From NCBI GenBank assembly GCA_905478415.1, contig CAJQIG010000004.1, positions 11,523-75,522 of the forward strand: a stretch of DNA of 64,000 nucleotides, given 5' to 3'. This document shows, one piece after another, positions 1 through 10,482 of this stretch; the stretch's first letter is position 1; every line of letters starts with the position of its first letter. The notes below the pieces were generated by a model, which saw nothing but the letters and a program-made list of their open reading frames with translations, did not search any database and was not told where the DNA came from. The translations under genes were made by a program, and so were the position numbers. The DNA comes from an uncultured Patescibacteria group bacterium (GTDB taxonomy: Bacteria; Patescibacteriota; Microgenomatia; UBA1400; PJMF01).

Positions 1-586
1 GAGCTGGCTTCTTTGCTTTACTTTCAACAACTTCAGTTCGTTTTGCATGCTTTTCTTGAAGTTCTTTTCTCTTAAGAGCTTCTTCAGCTTCAACATCAGC
101 AATAGACTTGAGCTTAATACCTTTAAGATCTACAATTCTTTGAATTTGTTTTAAGGCTTCGAAAGTAGCATAGACACTTGAAGATTGGTTTTCAGAACCT
201 AAAATTTTACTTGAGATATCACGAACACCAGCAGCTTCAACTACTGAGCGAACTGGACCTCCAGCAATAACTCCAGAACCTTTTGGAGCTGGCTTCAACA
301 TAACTCGACCAGCACCTTTTTTAACAGTAATAGCAAAGGGGATGGTTGTTCCATTGAGTGGAACGGTAATCATCTTCTTCTTTGCTTTTTTAATGCCTTT
401 TTTGATAGCAGAAACAACATCTTTAGCTTTTCCAAGTCCAACCCCAACTTGACCTTTTCTGTCACCAACGACCATCAAAACAGAAAAACCTACATTGTTT
501 CCACCCTTGGTCTTTTTAGAGACACGAGAAATTTGAATAACTTTCTCTTCAAATTCTTTTGGTTCTTGTTGTGCGTTATTTCTCAT
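1..586 (-). CDS. rpsE: 30S ribosomal protein S5 (3' end runs off window start)
   Basis: Minus-strand ORF from ATG at 586; translation MRNNAQQEPKEFEEKVIQISRVSKKTKGGN...GAGRVMLKPAPKGSGVIAGGPVRSVVEAAGVRD matches S5 N- and C-domains; lies downstream of rplR in spc-operon order. Confidence 0.9.
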   Translation of the reverse strand, partial: MRNNAQQEPKEFEEKVIQISRVSKKTKGGNNVGFSVLMVVGDRKGQVGVGLGKAKDVVSAIKKGIKKAKKKMITVPLNGTTIPFAITVKKGAGRVMLKPAPKGSGVIAGGPVRSVVEAAGVRDISSKILGSENQSSSVYATFEALKQIQRIVDLKGIKLKSIADVEAEEALKRKELQEKHAKRTEVVESKAKKPA

Positions 587-591
587 GTAAG

Positions 592-954
592 TTATACCTC
601 AATACCTTTTGCTCTTAGTGTTTCTGCGACACTACTCACTCGACCATGGTATTTATATTCTCCACGATCAAAAATAACAGCAGAAATCTTTTTCTTCTTT
701 AATGCTTTAACAAACTCGACTGTTGCTTGAACAGCTGTCTCTTTCTTCGTTCCTGGTGTAGCATCTTTTCGAATTGCTACATCATTAGCAGAAGCGATTG
801 TTACACCAGCCGCATCATCAATGGCCTGAATGTAAATATTTTTATTCGAACGTTTAATGGTAACTCTTGGACGAGCTGCAGTACCATGTAACTTCTTTCG
901 AACTCTTCGTCTTCGTTTTTCTTGAACTGTTATAGTATGTTTAATTGTTGGCAT
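592..954 (-). CDS. rplR: 50S ribosomal protein L18
   Basis: 120 aa ORF with L18-like sequence; spc-operon position between rplF and rpsE. Confidence 0.9.
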   Translation of the reverse strand: MPTIKHTITVQEKRRRRVRKKLHGTAARPRVTIKRSNKNIYIQAIDDAAGVTIASANDVAIRKDATPGTKKETAVQATVEFVKALKKKKISAVIFDRGEYKYHGRVSSVAETLRAKGIEV

Positions 955-980
955 ATCTCTTATTCCTCAGTGCTCAAGTG

Positions 981-1517
981 CTAAGCAGCAGTCTTACCTT
1001 GTTTTCTTCGTACCACTTCATCTTCGTAACGAATTCCCTTACCTTTATAAGGTTCAGGAGGTCTGACTTTTCTAATCTCAGCTGCGACTTGACCCACTTT
1101 TTGTTTGTCAAAACCAGAAATCTGAATCGTGTCTTGTCCCTCAACTTTGAGCTCAACACCCTCAAGTGGAGTAACATCTACTGGATGAGAATAGCCAACT
1201 GAAAGTTGAATACTTTTTCCTTGAGCTTTAACTCTATATCCTGTTCCGACTAGTTTTAATGTCTTCTTATAACCTTCAGTAACACCAATAATCGAGTTGT
1301 TAATTAAACTTCTCACCAAACCATGCACTGATTTTGTGTGCTTTTCTTCATTTTTACGTGTCACCGTAACAATTTGATCAGCAACAGCAACAGCAATGCC
1401 TGTAGGAATAGCTACAGTGAGTTCTCCCTTACTGCCTTTAATGACCACAGTTTTACCAGTTACTGTAACAGTAACTCCTTGTGGTACTTCAACTGGTGTT
1501 CTTCCGATTCTTGACAT
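981..1517 (-). CDS. rplF: 50S ribosomal protein L6
   Basis: 178 aa, MSRIGRTPVEVPQGVTVTV...; conserved L6 two-domain pattern and operon order. Confidence 0.92.
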   Translation of the reverse strand: MSRIGRTPVEVPQGVTVTVTGKTVVIKGSKGELTVAIPTGIAVAVADQIVTVTRKNEEKHTKSVHGLVRSLINNSIIGVTEGYKKTLKLVGTGYRVKAQGKSIQLSVGYSHPVDVTPLEGVELKVEGQDTIQISGFDKQKVGQVAAEIRKVRPPEPYKGKGIRYEDEVVRRKQGKTAA

Positions 1518-1535
1518 ACTTTTTTTCTATTGCTT

Positions 1536-1925
1536 TTACCAAACTTGACAGAGTAATTCACCACCGACATTTGCTTTACGAGCGTCAGTGTCTGTCATCA
1601 CGCCCTTACTTGTCGAAATAATAGTTAGTCCATAGCCACCTAAAGTCTTTGGAACTGTTCCGGCTGGAGAGTAGACTCTACGACCTGGCTTTGAAAGCCG
1701 TTTCACATCATTAATAGCTGGTTGTCTACCAATATACTTAAGAGTAACTACTAACTTATTAAATGGTTTTTCTTCTTTAACCTCGAATGAAGAGATATAC
1801 CCTTCACTGACTAAGATGTCAGCAATGGACTTCTTCATTCTAGAGAACGGAGCCTCAACGACAGTTTTACGTGCCATGTGAGCGTTCTTGATTCTGATGA
1901 TAAAATCTGCTATTGGATCAGTCAT
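1536..1925 (-). CDS. rpsH: 30S ribosomal protein S8
   Basis: 129 aa, MTDPIADFIIRIKNAHMARK...; canonical S8 N-terminus. Confidence 0.93.
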   Translation of the reverse strand: MTDPIADFIIRIKNAHMARKTVVEAPFSRMKKSIADILVSEGYISSFEVKEEKPFNKLVVTLKYIGRQPAINDVKRLSKPGRRVYSPAGTVPKTLGGYGLTIISTSKGVMTDTDARKANVGGELLCQVW

Positions 1926-1933
1926 AACTCACT

Positions 1934-2164
1934 TTACTTACTGGATTTAACTACTCCAGGTAATTCCCCTTTTAATGCTAATTCTCTAAAGGTAAGACGG
2001 CTCAAACCAAAGAAACGCATAAACGCCTTTGGACGACCGGTCACCTTACAACGGTTGACACCTCGTGTTGAAAACTTGTTTTCTTTCCTAACACCAGCTG
2101 CCTCGTAGGCGTTCCGCTTTGCTAGTAACTTCTTAGATTTTGCAATCTTCGATTTTTTTGCCAT
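1934..2164 (-). CDS. rpsN: 30S ribosomal protein S14
   Basis: 76 aa ending ...[18 protein letters not shown], the typical S14 C-terminus; only one Cys, so not the Zn-ribbon Z-type. Confidence 0.85.
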   Translation of the reverse strand: MAKKSKIAKSKKLLAKRNAYEAAGVRKENKFSTRGVNRCKVTGRPKAFMRFFGLSRLTFRELALKGELPGVVKSSK

Positions 2165-2176
2165 GTAGCAATTCCT

Positions 2177-2737
2177 TTACTTACTTTCTTCTTTTTCGAA
2201 TGGCATTCCGAGTAATTCAAATAATCTGAATGCCTGTTCATCGACTTTTGTTGAGGTTACAAAATTAACCTGCAAACTTCTAATTCGCTCAATGGTATCG
2301 TAATTAATCTCTGGGAAGATTATCTGTTCTTCCAAACCAAGATTGTAGTTCCCTTGTCCATCAAATGCAACTCGAGAAACGCCTCTAAAATCTTTTACAC
2401 GTGGGAGTGCAATGGTAATTAACTTTGTTAAAAAGTCCCACATTCTAGCTCCTCTAAGAGTTACCATAACTCCCATTGGGTCACCTTCTCGTAACTTAAA
2501 GCCTGCAATTGACTTTGTTGCCAAAGTTACTTGAGGTTTTTGTCCAGAAATAATTTCAAACTGAGTTACAATGTTTTCGATTACCTGTTTTCGAGCTCTA
2601 GGATCTTGAGGATCAGAGACACCAATATTTAATACAATTTTTTGAAGCTTAGGAGCTGCAAATGCATTATCTATCTTAAACTCTTTGGTAAGTTTTGGTA
2701 GAATTTCTGCTTGGTAGAATGCTTTCAAATTTGACAT
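2177..2737 (-). CDS. rplE: 50S ribosomal protein L5
   Basis: 186 aa, L5-like; operon order. Confidence 0.92.
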   Translation of the reverse strand: MSNLKAFYQAEILPKLTKEFKIDNAFAAPKLQKIVLNIGVSDPQDPRARKQVIENIVTQFEIISGQKPQVTLATKSIAGFKLREGDPMGVMVTLRGARMWDFLTKLITIALPRVKDFRGVSRVAFDGQGNYNLGLEEQIIFPEINYDTIERIRSLQVNFVTSTKVDEQAFRLFELLGMPFEKEESK

Positions 2738-2746
2738 ATCAATCTC

Positions 2747-3082
2747 TTATTTCTTAGCTTCTGTTTTTGGTTCTGGAATTATTGTCCCAGTTTTCTTAAA
2801 GACACGAGTCTTAGAACCATCTTTAGCTACCTTGTAACCAACTCTATCTACGCTGCCTTTATCATTCACAACTGCAACTTTAGCAGTTGAAAGTGGACGT
2901 TCAACACTAATCTTGTCACCAGCTCGACCACCTTGAGGACGAATGTGCTTTACATACATGTTAGCACCTTCAACCACAACGGTATCTTTTTTAGGAATAA
3001 CTCGTACGATCGTACTAACTTTTCCATTATCTTTTCCGCTGGTTACTTTGACTTTGTCGCCGACTTTAAATTTCATAATCAA
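2747..3082 (-). CDS. rplX: 50S ribosomal protein L24
   Basis: 111 aa, KFKVGDKVKVTSGKDNGK... KOW motif. Confidence 0.9.
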   Translation of the reverse strand: MIMKFKVGDKVKVTSGKDNGKVSTIVRVIPKKDTVVVEGANMYVKHIRPQGGRAGDKISVERPLSTAKVAVVNDKGSVDRVGYKVAKDGSKTRVFKKTGTIIPEPKTEAKK

Positions 3083-3091
3083 TAATTCCGT

Positions 3092-3466
3092 TTATAAGAC
3101 TTCAGGTGCTAAACTAGCAATTTTACTAAAACCTTTATCTTTAATCTCGCGAGCAATAGGTCCGAAGACACGAGTGCCAATAGGCGCATTACTTTTTCTC
3201 GACTCAATTATAACTGCTGCATTGTCATCGAAACGGACATACTCTCCAGTTGGACGACGAGTCTCTTTTCGAGTTCTAACAATAACTGCTTTTACCTTTT
3301 CTCCTTTTTTGACAGTACCATTGGCATCAGCTTGAATAACTGAAGCAGCAACGATATCACCAACGTATCCAAATCTTCGTCGTGATCCACCGTGGACCTG
3401 AATGACGCGAAGTCTTTTGGCACCACTATTATCAGCAACTTGTAACACACTTCTCAGTTGAATCAT
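3092..3466 (-). CDS. rplN: 50S ribosomal protein L14
   Basis: 124 aa, [24 protein letters not shown]... near-canonical L14. Confidence 0.95.
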   Translation of the reverse strand: MIQLRSVLQVADNSGAKRLRVIQVHGGSRRRFGYVGDIVAASVIQADANGTVKKGEKVKAVIVRTRKETRRPTGEYVRFDDNAAVIIESRKSNAPIGTRVFGPIAREIKDKGFSKIASLAPEVL

Positions 3467-3474
3467 GATGGCTC

Positions 3475-3708
3475 CTACTTCTGTACTTTCGCAATAATTT
3501 TAAATCGTTTGGTTTTACTGATTGGCACACAGCCAACAATCTCTACAGTATCACCTTCAGCTATCTCAATACCCTCATAGTGACAGGCATAGGTTTTGTT
3601 ACTACGTACAGATTTACCATAGAGTGGGTGTTGCCACATACGCTCTACACTAACTTGTGCAGTCTTCTCAGTTTTGACTGATGTAACTATTCCTTGTGTA
3701 CTTTTCAT
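3475..3708 (-). CDS. rpsQ: 30S ribosomal protein S17
   Basis: 77 aa OB-fold S17-like. Confidence 0.9.
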   Translation of the reverse strand: MKSTQGIVTSVKTEKTAQVSVERMWQHPLYGKSVRSNKTYACHYEGIEIAEGDTVEIVGCVPISKTKRFKIIAKVQK

Positions 3709-3724
3709 TGTATATATACCTCTC

Positions 3725-3928
3725 TTACGCAGTTTCGAGTTCTTTTTTTCTTAGTATAGTTTTGATACGAGCCACATCATCTGCAATTAATACAATATGT
3801 GTGTTAGCTCTTCGGCCAGCTTTTTTCTCGAGCCGAGCTCGAGCTAATTCTTTAGTAAGATCAGTGAGCTGGGCTTGCAACTCAGCAACTGTCTTATCAT
3901 GTAGTGCTCTAATATCATTCTGTTTCAT
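3725..3928 (-). CDS. rpmC: 50S ribosomal protein L29
   Basis: 67 aa helical protein in canonical position between rplP and rpsQ. Confidence 0.88.
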   Translation of the reverse strand: MKQNDIRALHDKTVAELQAQLTDLTKELARARLEKKAGRRANTHIVLIADDVARIKTILRKKELETA

Positions 3929-3932
3929 AGTA

Positions 3933-4337
3933 CTATTTCTTTATAACCGTGGTTTGTACTGACAACTTATGAGCTGCTTTTCGAAATGCTTCTCGTGCCA
4001 CTTCTTCGCTCACACCACCGAGTTCGAAAAGAACCATTCCTGGTCTTACAACTGCTACATGTGAATGCACAGCACCCTTTCCTGAACCCATTTTTACTCC
4101 AACTGGTTTTCCTGTAATCGGCTTGTGTGGAAATACTCTAATCCAATACTTTCCACTTCTTTTTGTCATAAAGGTAATTTTTTTACGAGCTGCTTCGATC
4201 TGTCGAGAATCAACCCATCCTGAAGTCGTTGCCTTTAAACCATAGTCACCAAAAGCCACTTCAGTTCCTCGTGAAGCTACGCCTCGACGTTTACCTCTAA
4301 ACTCTTTTCTGTATTTGCTTTTCTTTGGCTGTAACAT
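3933..4337 (-). CDS. rplP: 50S ribosomal protein L16
   Basis: 134 aa, MLQPKKSKYRKEFRGKRRG... canonical L16 start. Confidence 0.95.
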   Translation of the reverse strand: MLQPKKSKYRKEFRGKRRGVASRGTEVAFGDYGLKATTSGWVDSRQIEAARKKITFMTKRSGKYWIRVFPHKPITGKPVGVKMGSGKGAVHSHVAVVRPGMVLFELGGVSEEVAREAFRKAAHKLSVQTTVIKK

Positions 4338-4363
4338 ACCTTAGTTTCCGTAAGAAAAAGTTC

Positions 4364-5014
4364 TTAAACAACTTCTCCCTTGTTAATCCATACCTTAATT
4401 CCTACATACCCCGAGCGAGTCGCAGCAGGGACTTGGAAGTAATCAATGTTAGCTCGAATAGTCTGAGTAGGAACACTTCCTTCAAAGTACTTTTCGGTTC
4501 TTCCGATTTCAGCTCCACCAATTCTTCCAGAAAGAGCAATTTTTACTCCTTTTGCACCAGCTTGCATTACTTTTTCGAGTGCTTGTTTGACTGCACGTCG
4601 ATGTGGGTAACGCTTCATCAATTGATTGACAATTCTCTCTGCAACCAACTTAGCACTTAAATCTGGCTTTTTAACTTCTTCAACGCGTAAATCAATTTTG
4701 ACTTTGTCTTTCTTCAACTTAGAAACATTGAGAATTCTCTCAACTTTTTTCTTAACTAATTCAAGATTTGATCCACCTTTTCCAATTACAACACCGGGAC
4801 GGGAGACATAGAGGATCACTTTGATGGCTGTTAATGAACGTTCAATATCAATTTGAACGAGTCCTGCACTCTCAAGTTTTCTATTGAGGTACTTGCGCAG
4901 CTTGTGGTCTTCAACAACTCTATCTGAGTAGTCAGCTTTACCTGCAAACCAACGGGATTTCCAGGTGAAGGTACTTCCCAATCTAAAGCCAGTCGGATTT
5001 ACTTTTTGTCCCAT
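4364..5014 (-). CDS. rpsC: 30S ribosomal protein S3
   Basis: 216 aa, MGQKVNPTGFRLG... KH domain. Confidence 0.95.
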   Translation of the reverse strand: MGQKVNPTGFRLGSTFTWKSRWFAGKADYSDRVVEDHKLRKYLNRKLESAGLVQIDIERSLTAIKVILYVSRPGVVIGKGGSNLELVKKKVERILNVSKLKKDKVKIDLRVEEVKKPDLSAKLVAERIVNQLMKRYPHRRAVKQALEKVMQAGAKGVKIALSGRIGGAEIGRTEKYFEGSVPTQTIRANIDYFQVPAATRSGYVGIKVWINKGEVV

Positions 5015-5091
5015 ATCTTATATTTTTCCGTTATTGTTACTGTCGGAAACTAGTATTTTACTACAAATCTCCACTTTTTACTTGACCAATT

Positions 5092-5589
5092 TTACTTTTT
5101 ACTTGCCTTTTTAGCTGTTGCTGTCTTTTTGACAGTGCTTTTCTTTGGGCTTGCTGCTTTTTTACTCACTTTTTCTGTTTTCTTTTCTATAGCTACTTTT
5201 GATTCTGAAGCTGTAGTTTTAGTTTTTTTTGGAGCTGCTTCTTCCTTCTTTGGCTCTGCACCTGCCTCGAGTTCAACCGTGACATGGCACGTACGCTTAA
5301 TGATTCGATGTGCACGACCTCGGCTCACTGCTCTGAATCGTTTGTAGCTTGGACCACCAGTAACCAAAATATTGACTAACTCTAGTTGATCAAAAGTGTA
5401 CCCATGATTATGAGTAGCATTTGCAATAGCTTGTCTAACCACTTTAAGAATCACTAGTGTTGATTTTCTTTCAATAACACTCAATTGCTTAATTGCGTCT
5501 TCAAGCTTCATACCTTTAACGGCATTAGCTACCAAACGCACTTTTCGTGGTGTTTGTCGGCTGTTTGTCTGAGTTGCTGTAATACGCAT
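5092..5589 (-). CDS. rplV: 50S ribosomal protein L22 with ~55-aa Lys/Ala/Thr-rich C-terminal tail
   Basis: 165 aa; L22 core then EAGAEPKKEEAAPKKTKTTASESKVAIEKKTEKVSKKAASPKKSTVKKTATAKKASKK. Confidence 0.9.
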   Translation of the reverse strand: MRITATQTNSRQTPRKVRLVANAVKGMKLEDAIKQLSVIERKSTLVILKVVRQAIANATHNHGYTFDQLELVNILVTGGPSYKRFRAVSRGRAHRIIKRTCHVTVELEAGAEPKKEEAAPKKTKTTASESKVAIEKKTEKVSKKAASPKKSTVKKTATAKKASKK

Positions 5590-5622
5590 ACTAATTGTTT
5601 TTCTACTTTCTCTTCTAATGCT

Positions 5623-5907
5623 TTAGGTCTTAGCCAGAACGCGTTTAACGATCTTACCATGTCCTCTAAAGTTTCTTGTTGGAGCAAACTCACCGAGTTT
5701 GTGACCAACCATAGCTTCAGAAATAAATACTTCTATGAAACTTTTTCCCTGATGAATTAAAAAAGTGTGACCAACAAAATCAGGAGAAACAGTACAAGCT
5801 CTACTCCAGGTTTTAATAGGAGTCTTGTCACCTGATGCTTTTTGAGCCATTACTTTCTTTAAAAGCTTTGGGTCAATAAATGGTCCTTTATTACTTGATC
5901 TAGACAT
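5623..5907 (-). CDS. rpsS: 30S ribosomal protein S19
   Basis: 94 aa, [18 protein letters not shown]... canonical S19. Confidence 0.95.
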   Translation of the reverse strand: MSRSSNKGPFIDPKLLKKVMAQKASGDKTPIKTWSRACTVSPDFVGHTFLIHQGKSFIEVFISEAMVGHKLGEFAPTRNFRGHGKIVKRVLAKT

Positions 5908-5963
5908 ATTTTTTTCTTGTTGATTCTATCGATATCGATATATTTTAACAATCCTTTTTACTT

Positions 5964-6797
5964 TTATTTAACTCTTCTATCTCTTACAATCCATTTGTTA
6001 CTGCGATGCTTCTTAGCTCGAGTCTTCTTACCAAGTGCATGCTTACCCCATGGAGTCTTTGGATACTTCATACCAACTCCCGAACGACCTTCACCACCAC
6101 CATGTGGATGTGAGCCTGGATGTTGAGCAGTACCTCTAACTGTAGGCCTAATTCCCATTAAACGCTTACGACCAGCTTTACCAATTTTACGATTCTTCCA
6201 TTCTGCATTTCCAACTTCACCAATAGTAGCTAAACAATCAGCATGAATTAAACGAAGTTCTTTTGAAGGTAGTTGGATAGTAACATACTTACCTTCTTTA
6301 GCTGAAATAACAGCTGATGTGCCAGCTCCACGAGCTAATTGGGCACCTTTGCCAGCTCTCATCTCAATATTATGAACGAACATACCTACTGGAATATTTT
6401 TAAGAGGAAGTGCATTACCAACTTTAGCTTCTGCAGTTTCTCCCGAGAGTAGAATATCTCCTACAGCAATACCTTCAGGAGCAATAATGTATGCTTTATC
6501 ACCATCTGGGTAATACAATAGTGCTAAGTGAGCACTGCGCATTGGATCATACTCTAAACGCTTAACTGTAGCTGGAATACCGAATTTACTTCGCTTCCAA
6601 TCAATAATACGCATTTTTTTCTTAACACCACTACCTCGGTGACGAACAGTAATACGGCCCTTATATCCTCGGCCTTGTCTCTTTTTGTGACCAGAAGCTA
6701 AGAGTGATTTTTCTGGGGCACCAGAATGAAGTTCACTTCTATCAATTACTACTTGATGTCTTCTGGCAGCGCTGGTTGGTTTTCGTTTGATTAACAT
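5964..6797 (-). CDS. rplB: 50S ribosomal protein L2
   Basis: 277 aa with the GRNxxGxITxRHRGGGHKR-like motif (ITVRHRGSG). Confidence 0.95.
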   Translation of the reverse strand: MLIKRKPTSAARRHQVVIDRSELHSGAPEKSLLASGHKKRQGRGYKGRITVRHRGSGVKKKMRIIDWKRSKFGIPATVKRLEYDPMRSAHLALLYYPDGDKAYIIAPEGIAVGDILLSGETAEAKVGNALPLKNIPVGMFVHNIEMRAGKGAQLARGAGTSAVISAKEGKYVTIQLPSKELRLIHADCLATIGEVGNAEWKNRKIGKAGRKRLMGIRPTVRGTAQHPGSHPHGGGEGRSGVGMKYPKTPWGKHALGKKTRAKKHRSNKWIVRDRRVK

Positions 6798-6810
6798 TTC
6801 TCTTCAATCC

Positions 6811-7116
6811 TTACTCTGCGGTACTTTCTGAAATATCAAATAAATTGATTTCATCACCTGGTTTAAGAGTGACGAGAGCCTTTTTGACTTTTCCAGCAGA
6901 AGTGAGTAAACGTCGTTTGCCAGTTTTCTTTACTTCTGGTTGATTTGTAACTGTGCGAACTCGAACAACTTTTACTGGGAACAGTTCTTCAATAGCTTCG
7001 CTAATTTGATGCTTATTTGCACTGCGACTTACCTGAAAAGTATACGTATTTTTCTTATTTGCCAATGAAAGTGACTTTTCAGTGATGATTGGTTTAACAA
7101 TTGTATATGCGTTCAT
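6811..7116 (-). CDS. rplW: 50S ribosomal protein L23
   Basis: 101 aa; position between rplD and rplB. Confidence 0.88.
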   Translation of the reverse strand: MNAYTIVKPIITEKSLSLANKKNTYTFQVSRSANKHQISEAIEELFPVKVVRVRTVTNQPEVKKTGKRRLLTSAGKVKKALVTLKPGDEINLFDISESTAE

Positions 7117-7119
7117 ATC

Positions 7120-7836
7120 TTACTCACTCTTCTTTGCTGTCTTAGTTTTCTTAGGAGCAGATTTTTTTGTAGTTGTAGCGGCTTTCTTAACTGGAGCCTT
7201 TACTGCTACTTCTTCTGCAGGTAATAATCGAGCTTCTAGAACCTTTACAGCTCCTGAAGTCATAATTACTTTGTTGACTCCGGCAATGTGATAGGCATTA
7301 ATGAGATCAGCAGTGAGCGTTGAAATATTTTGAATATTAGAGAGTGCTCGTTCCACTTTTTCGTTTCGAGCTTCTAGAACAACTAATACTTTTCTAGAGG
7401 TTGTTAAGACTGACTCTAAAAGAGTAACTGCTTCTTTTGTTTTTCCAGAAAGATCGTGTAATCCGTCAACAATTATAGTGTTTTCTGCTTGTGCACTTAA
7501 TGCTGAAAGGAGTGCCTTTGCTTTCATCTTACGAGAAAGGTTGCGACTCCAGTTTTCAAGTCCGGTTGGACCATGAGCAACACCACCACCTACAAAAATT
7601 GGAGCACTTTTAGCACCGTGACGAGCATTACCCGTACCTTTTTGCTTATACACTTTTCTCTTAGTTAGATTGACTTCTGATCTACCTTTAACTTTACTTG
7701 TTCCTTGACGTTTGTTAGACATGTAGACACGAATTGCCTGAGCCAAAAGAACATCATTAACTTTTGCACTAAACAGACCATCGTGAGCTGTCACAGAACC
7801 AGTTTTCCCAGTAGAAGTTATGCTTGCTAATTTCAT
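7120..7836 (-). CDS. rplD: 50S ribosomal protein L4 with K/A/T-rich C-terminal tail
   Basis: 238 aa; L4 core plus tail ...VKAPVKKAATTTKKSAPKKTKTAKKSE. Confidence 0.9.
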   Translation of the reverse strand: MKLASITSTGKTGSVTAHDGLFSAKVNDVLLAQAIRVYMSNKRQGTSKVKGRSEVNLTKRKVYKQKGTGNARHGAKSAPIFVGGGVAHGPTGLENWSRNLSRKMKAKALLSALSAQAENTIIVDGLHDLSGKTKEAVTLLESVLTTSRKVLVVLEARNEKVERALSNIQNISTLTADLINAYHIAGVNKVIMTSGAVKVLEARLLPAEEVAVKAPVKKAATTTKKSAPKKTKTAKKSE

Positions 7837-7839
7837 ACG

Positions 7840-8601
7840 TTAGGCTTCGCTTTCTGTAGTTTCTTGGGTTGCTTCAGCTTCTACAACTTCTTGTGGAAGA
7901 CTTGAAGCCTCTCTGTCAATTTCAATTTTTTTACTATGACCGGTTTTACTGATCTTAAGATCAGTCATAATTGATCCAGGAACTGGACCACTTAACCAAA
8001 CTTCACCAGTTTTTTCATCAATGTGAATCACAACTAAACCAGTAACTGTCTTAGCAACGTTACCATAATGACCTGGCATCTTTTTTCCTGGCCATACACG
8101 ACCTGGAGTAGTACCAGCACCAATAGAACCAACGGCTCGATGACGGTCAGATTGACCATGAGTCTTTGGACCACCATGGAATCCCCAACGCTTCACAGCA
8201 CCAGCAAATCCACGACCTTTACTAAAGCCTTGAACATTAACAATGTCACCAAGTTCTAAAACTTGATCAATGGTAAGAGTATCACCAATATTGTAATTTT
8301 CTGCATTTTCAAAAACGCGAATACCGCGGATAGTTCGCACACCTTTAGAAAAACCACCTTTCTCTAATCGAGTTTTAAGTGGCTTACTCATGTTTTTTAG
8401 TTTTTTTGTACCAAAACCTACTTCGAGGATAGTACAAGGGAGGGTGTCGCGCTTAGTTGAGTGTTTGTCGAGAACTTTAATTTCAGTCTTACCGACAATT
8501 GCATTAGAACCGACCTTGACTCGAGTTACAGCTAATCGCTTGCCGCTCTTTGTCCAGGCTTGTGTCATTCCGAGTTTGGTCACAAAAATATCTGTCAACA
8601 T
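7840..8601 (-). CDS. rplC: 50S ribosomal protein L3
   Basis: 253 aa, MLTDIFVTKLGMTQAW...; acidic C-terminal extension. Confidence 0.92.
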   Translation of the reverse strand: MLTDIFVTKLGMTQAWTKSGKRLAVTRVKVGSNAIVGKTEIKVLDKHSTKRDTLPCTILEVGFGTKKLKNMSKPLKTRLEKGGFSKGVRTIRGIRVFENAENYNIGDTLTIDQVLELGDIVNVQGFSKGRGFAGAVKRWGFHGGPKTHGQSDRHRAVGSIGAGTTPGRVWPGKKMPGHYGNVAKTVTGLVVIHIDEKTGEVWLSGPVPGSIMTDLKISKTGHSKKIEIDREASSLPQEVVEAEATQETTESEA

Positions 8602-8715
8602 AGCAATATATTTCTAATAATCTTCTTTTTCTAACTAAGTTAGGGCTCTCTTGATGTTTAAACAGAGCATCTCCTTTTTCTGCCTCAATACTTTGAGGCC
8701 AATACTATACCGTCA

Positions 8716-9042
8716 CTACATCTTGATCTGAATTGAAACACCAGCCGGTAATTCAAGATGCATGAGTGAATCGATTGTTTTACTTGTTGGGTTCACAATA
8801 TCGATTAATCTCTTGTGTGTTTTAATGTGATAGTGTTCTTGAGCGTTTTTATCAGAATGGGGAGACACCAGGATTGCGAACTCACGCTTGTGAGTTGGCA
8901 ATGGAACTGGACCAACTACCTTGGCACCTGTTGAAAGAGCAGTTTCAAGTATCTTCCGACTTGCTGTGTCGATGACACGATGATCGTAAGACTTAAGTCT
9001 AACTCTAATCTTATATGTAGCTTGTGTAGTTTGTTTTACCAT
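8716..9042 (-). CDS. rpsJ: 30S ribosomal protein S10
   Basis: 108 aa, ...[24 protein letters not shown]... canonical S10. Confidence 0.95.
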   Translation of the reverse strand: MVKQTTQATYKIRVRLKSYDHRVIDTASRKILETALSTGAKVVGPVPLPTHKREFAILVSPHSDKNAQEHYHIKTHKRLIDIVNPTSKTIDSLMHLELPAGVSIQIKM

Positions 9043-9106
9043 ACTGTTAAAGAATTTCTACTTACTAACCTCTATTTTCTTCCATGGGATTTAACCATAG
9101 GTCGAA

Positions 9107-9140
9107 ATTATACAATACTATTCTCAAGAAGTAAACCCCG
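9107..9140 (-). promoter_or_regulatory. Putative sigma70-type promoter for rpsJ (S10 operon): -35 TTTACT, 17-nt spacer, -10 TATAAT
   Basis: Minus strand reads ...TTTACTtcttgagaatagtattgTATAAT about 65 nt upstream of the rpsJ ATG. Confidence 0.5.
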
Positions 9141-9193
9141 CTTTTCGATTCAAAAAGCGGGGTTTACCTCCCATTTCCAAATGGAAATGGGAG
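9133..9193 (-). terminator. Two tandem perfect hairpins (13-bp and 12-bp stems) downstream of tuf; likely tuf terminator/attenuator
   Basis: AAACCCCGCTTTT-cgattca-AAAAGCGGGGTTT then CTCCCATTTCCA-aa-TGGAAATGGGAG; on the minus strand the first is followed by the U-containing stretch ACUUCUUG. Confidence 0.6.
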
Positions 9194-9205
9194 AGTAAAT
9201 TTCAC

Positions 9206-10402
<1,197 letters not shown>

Positions 10403-10482
10403 ATTTTTTCCTCCTAATTTTTTATATATAACTCTTACTAGCGAGTTACTATTCTACTACTTTTTATTCAATACTGCTACTA

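Noticed and set aside
945-8617. Numerous 60-130-aa plus-strand ORFs (e.g. 945-1202, 2943-3335, 3696-3962, 4325-4660, 8390-8617) inside the ribosomal operon
   Set aside because: They lie wholly antisense to highly conserved ribosomal protein genes and have no RBS or homology, so they are spurious.
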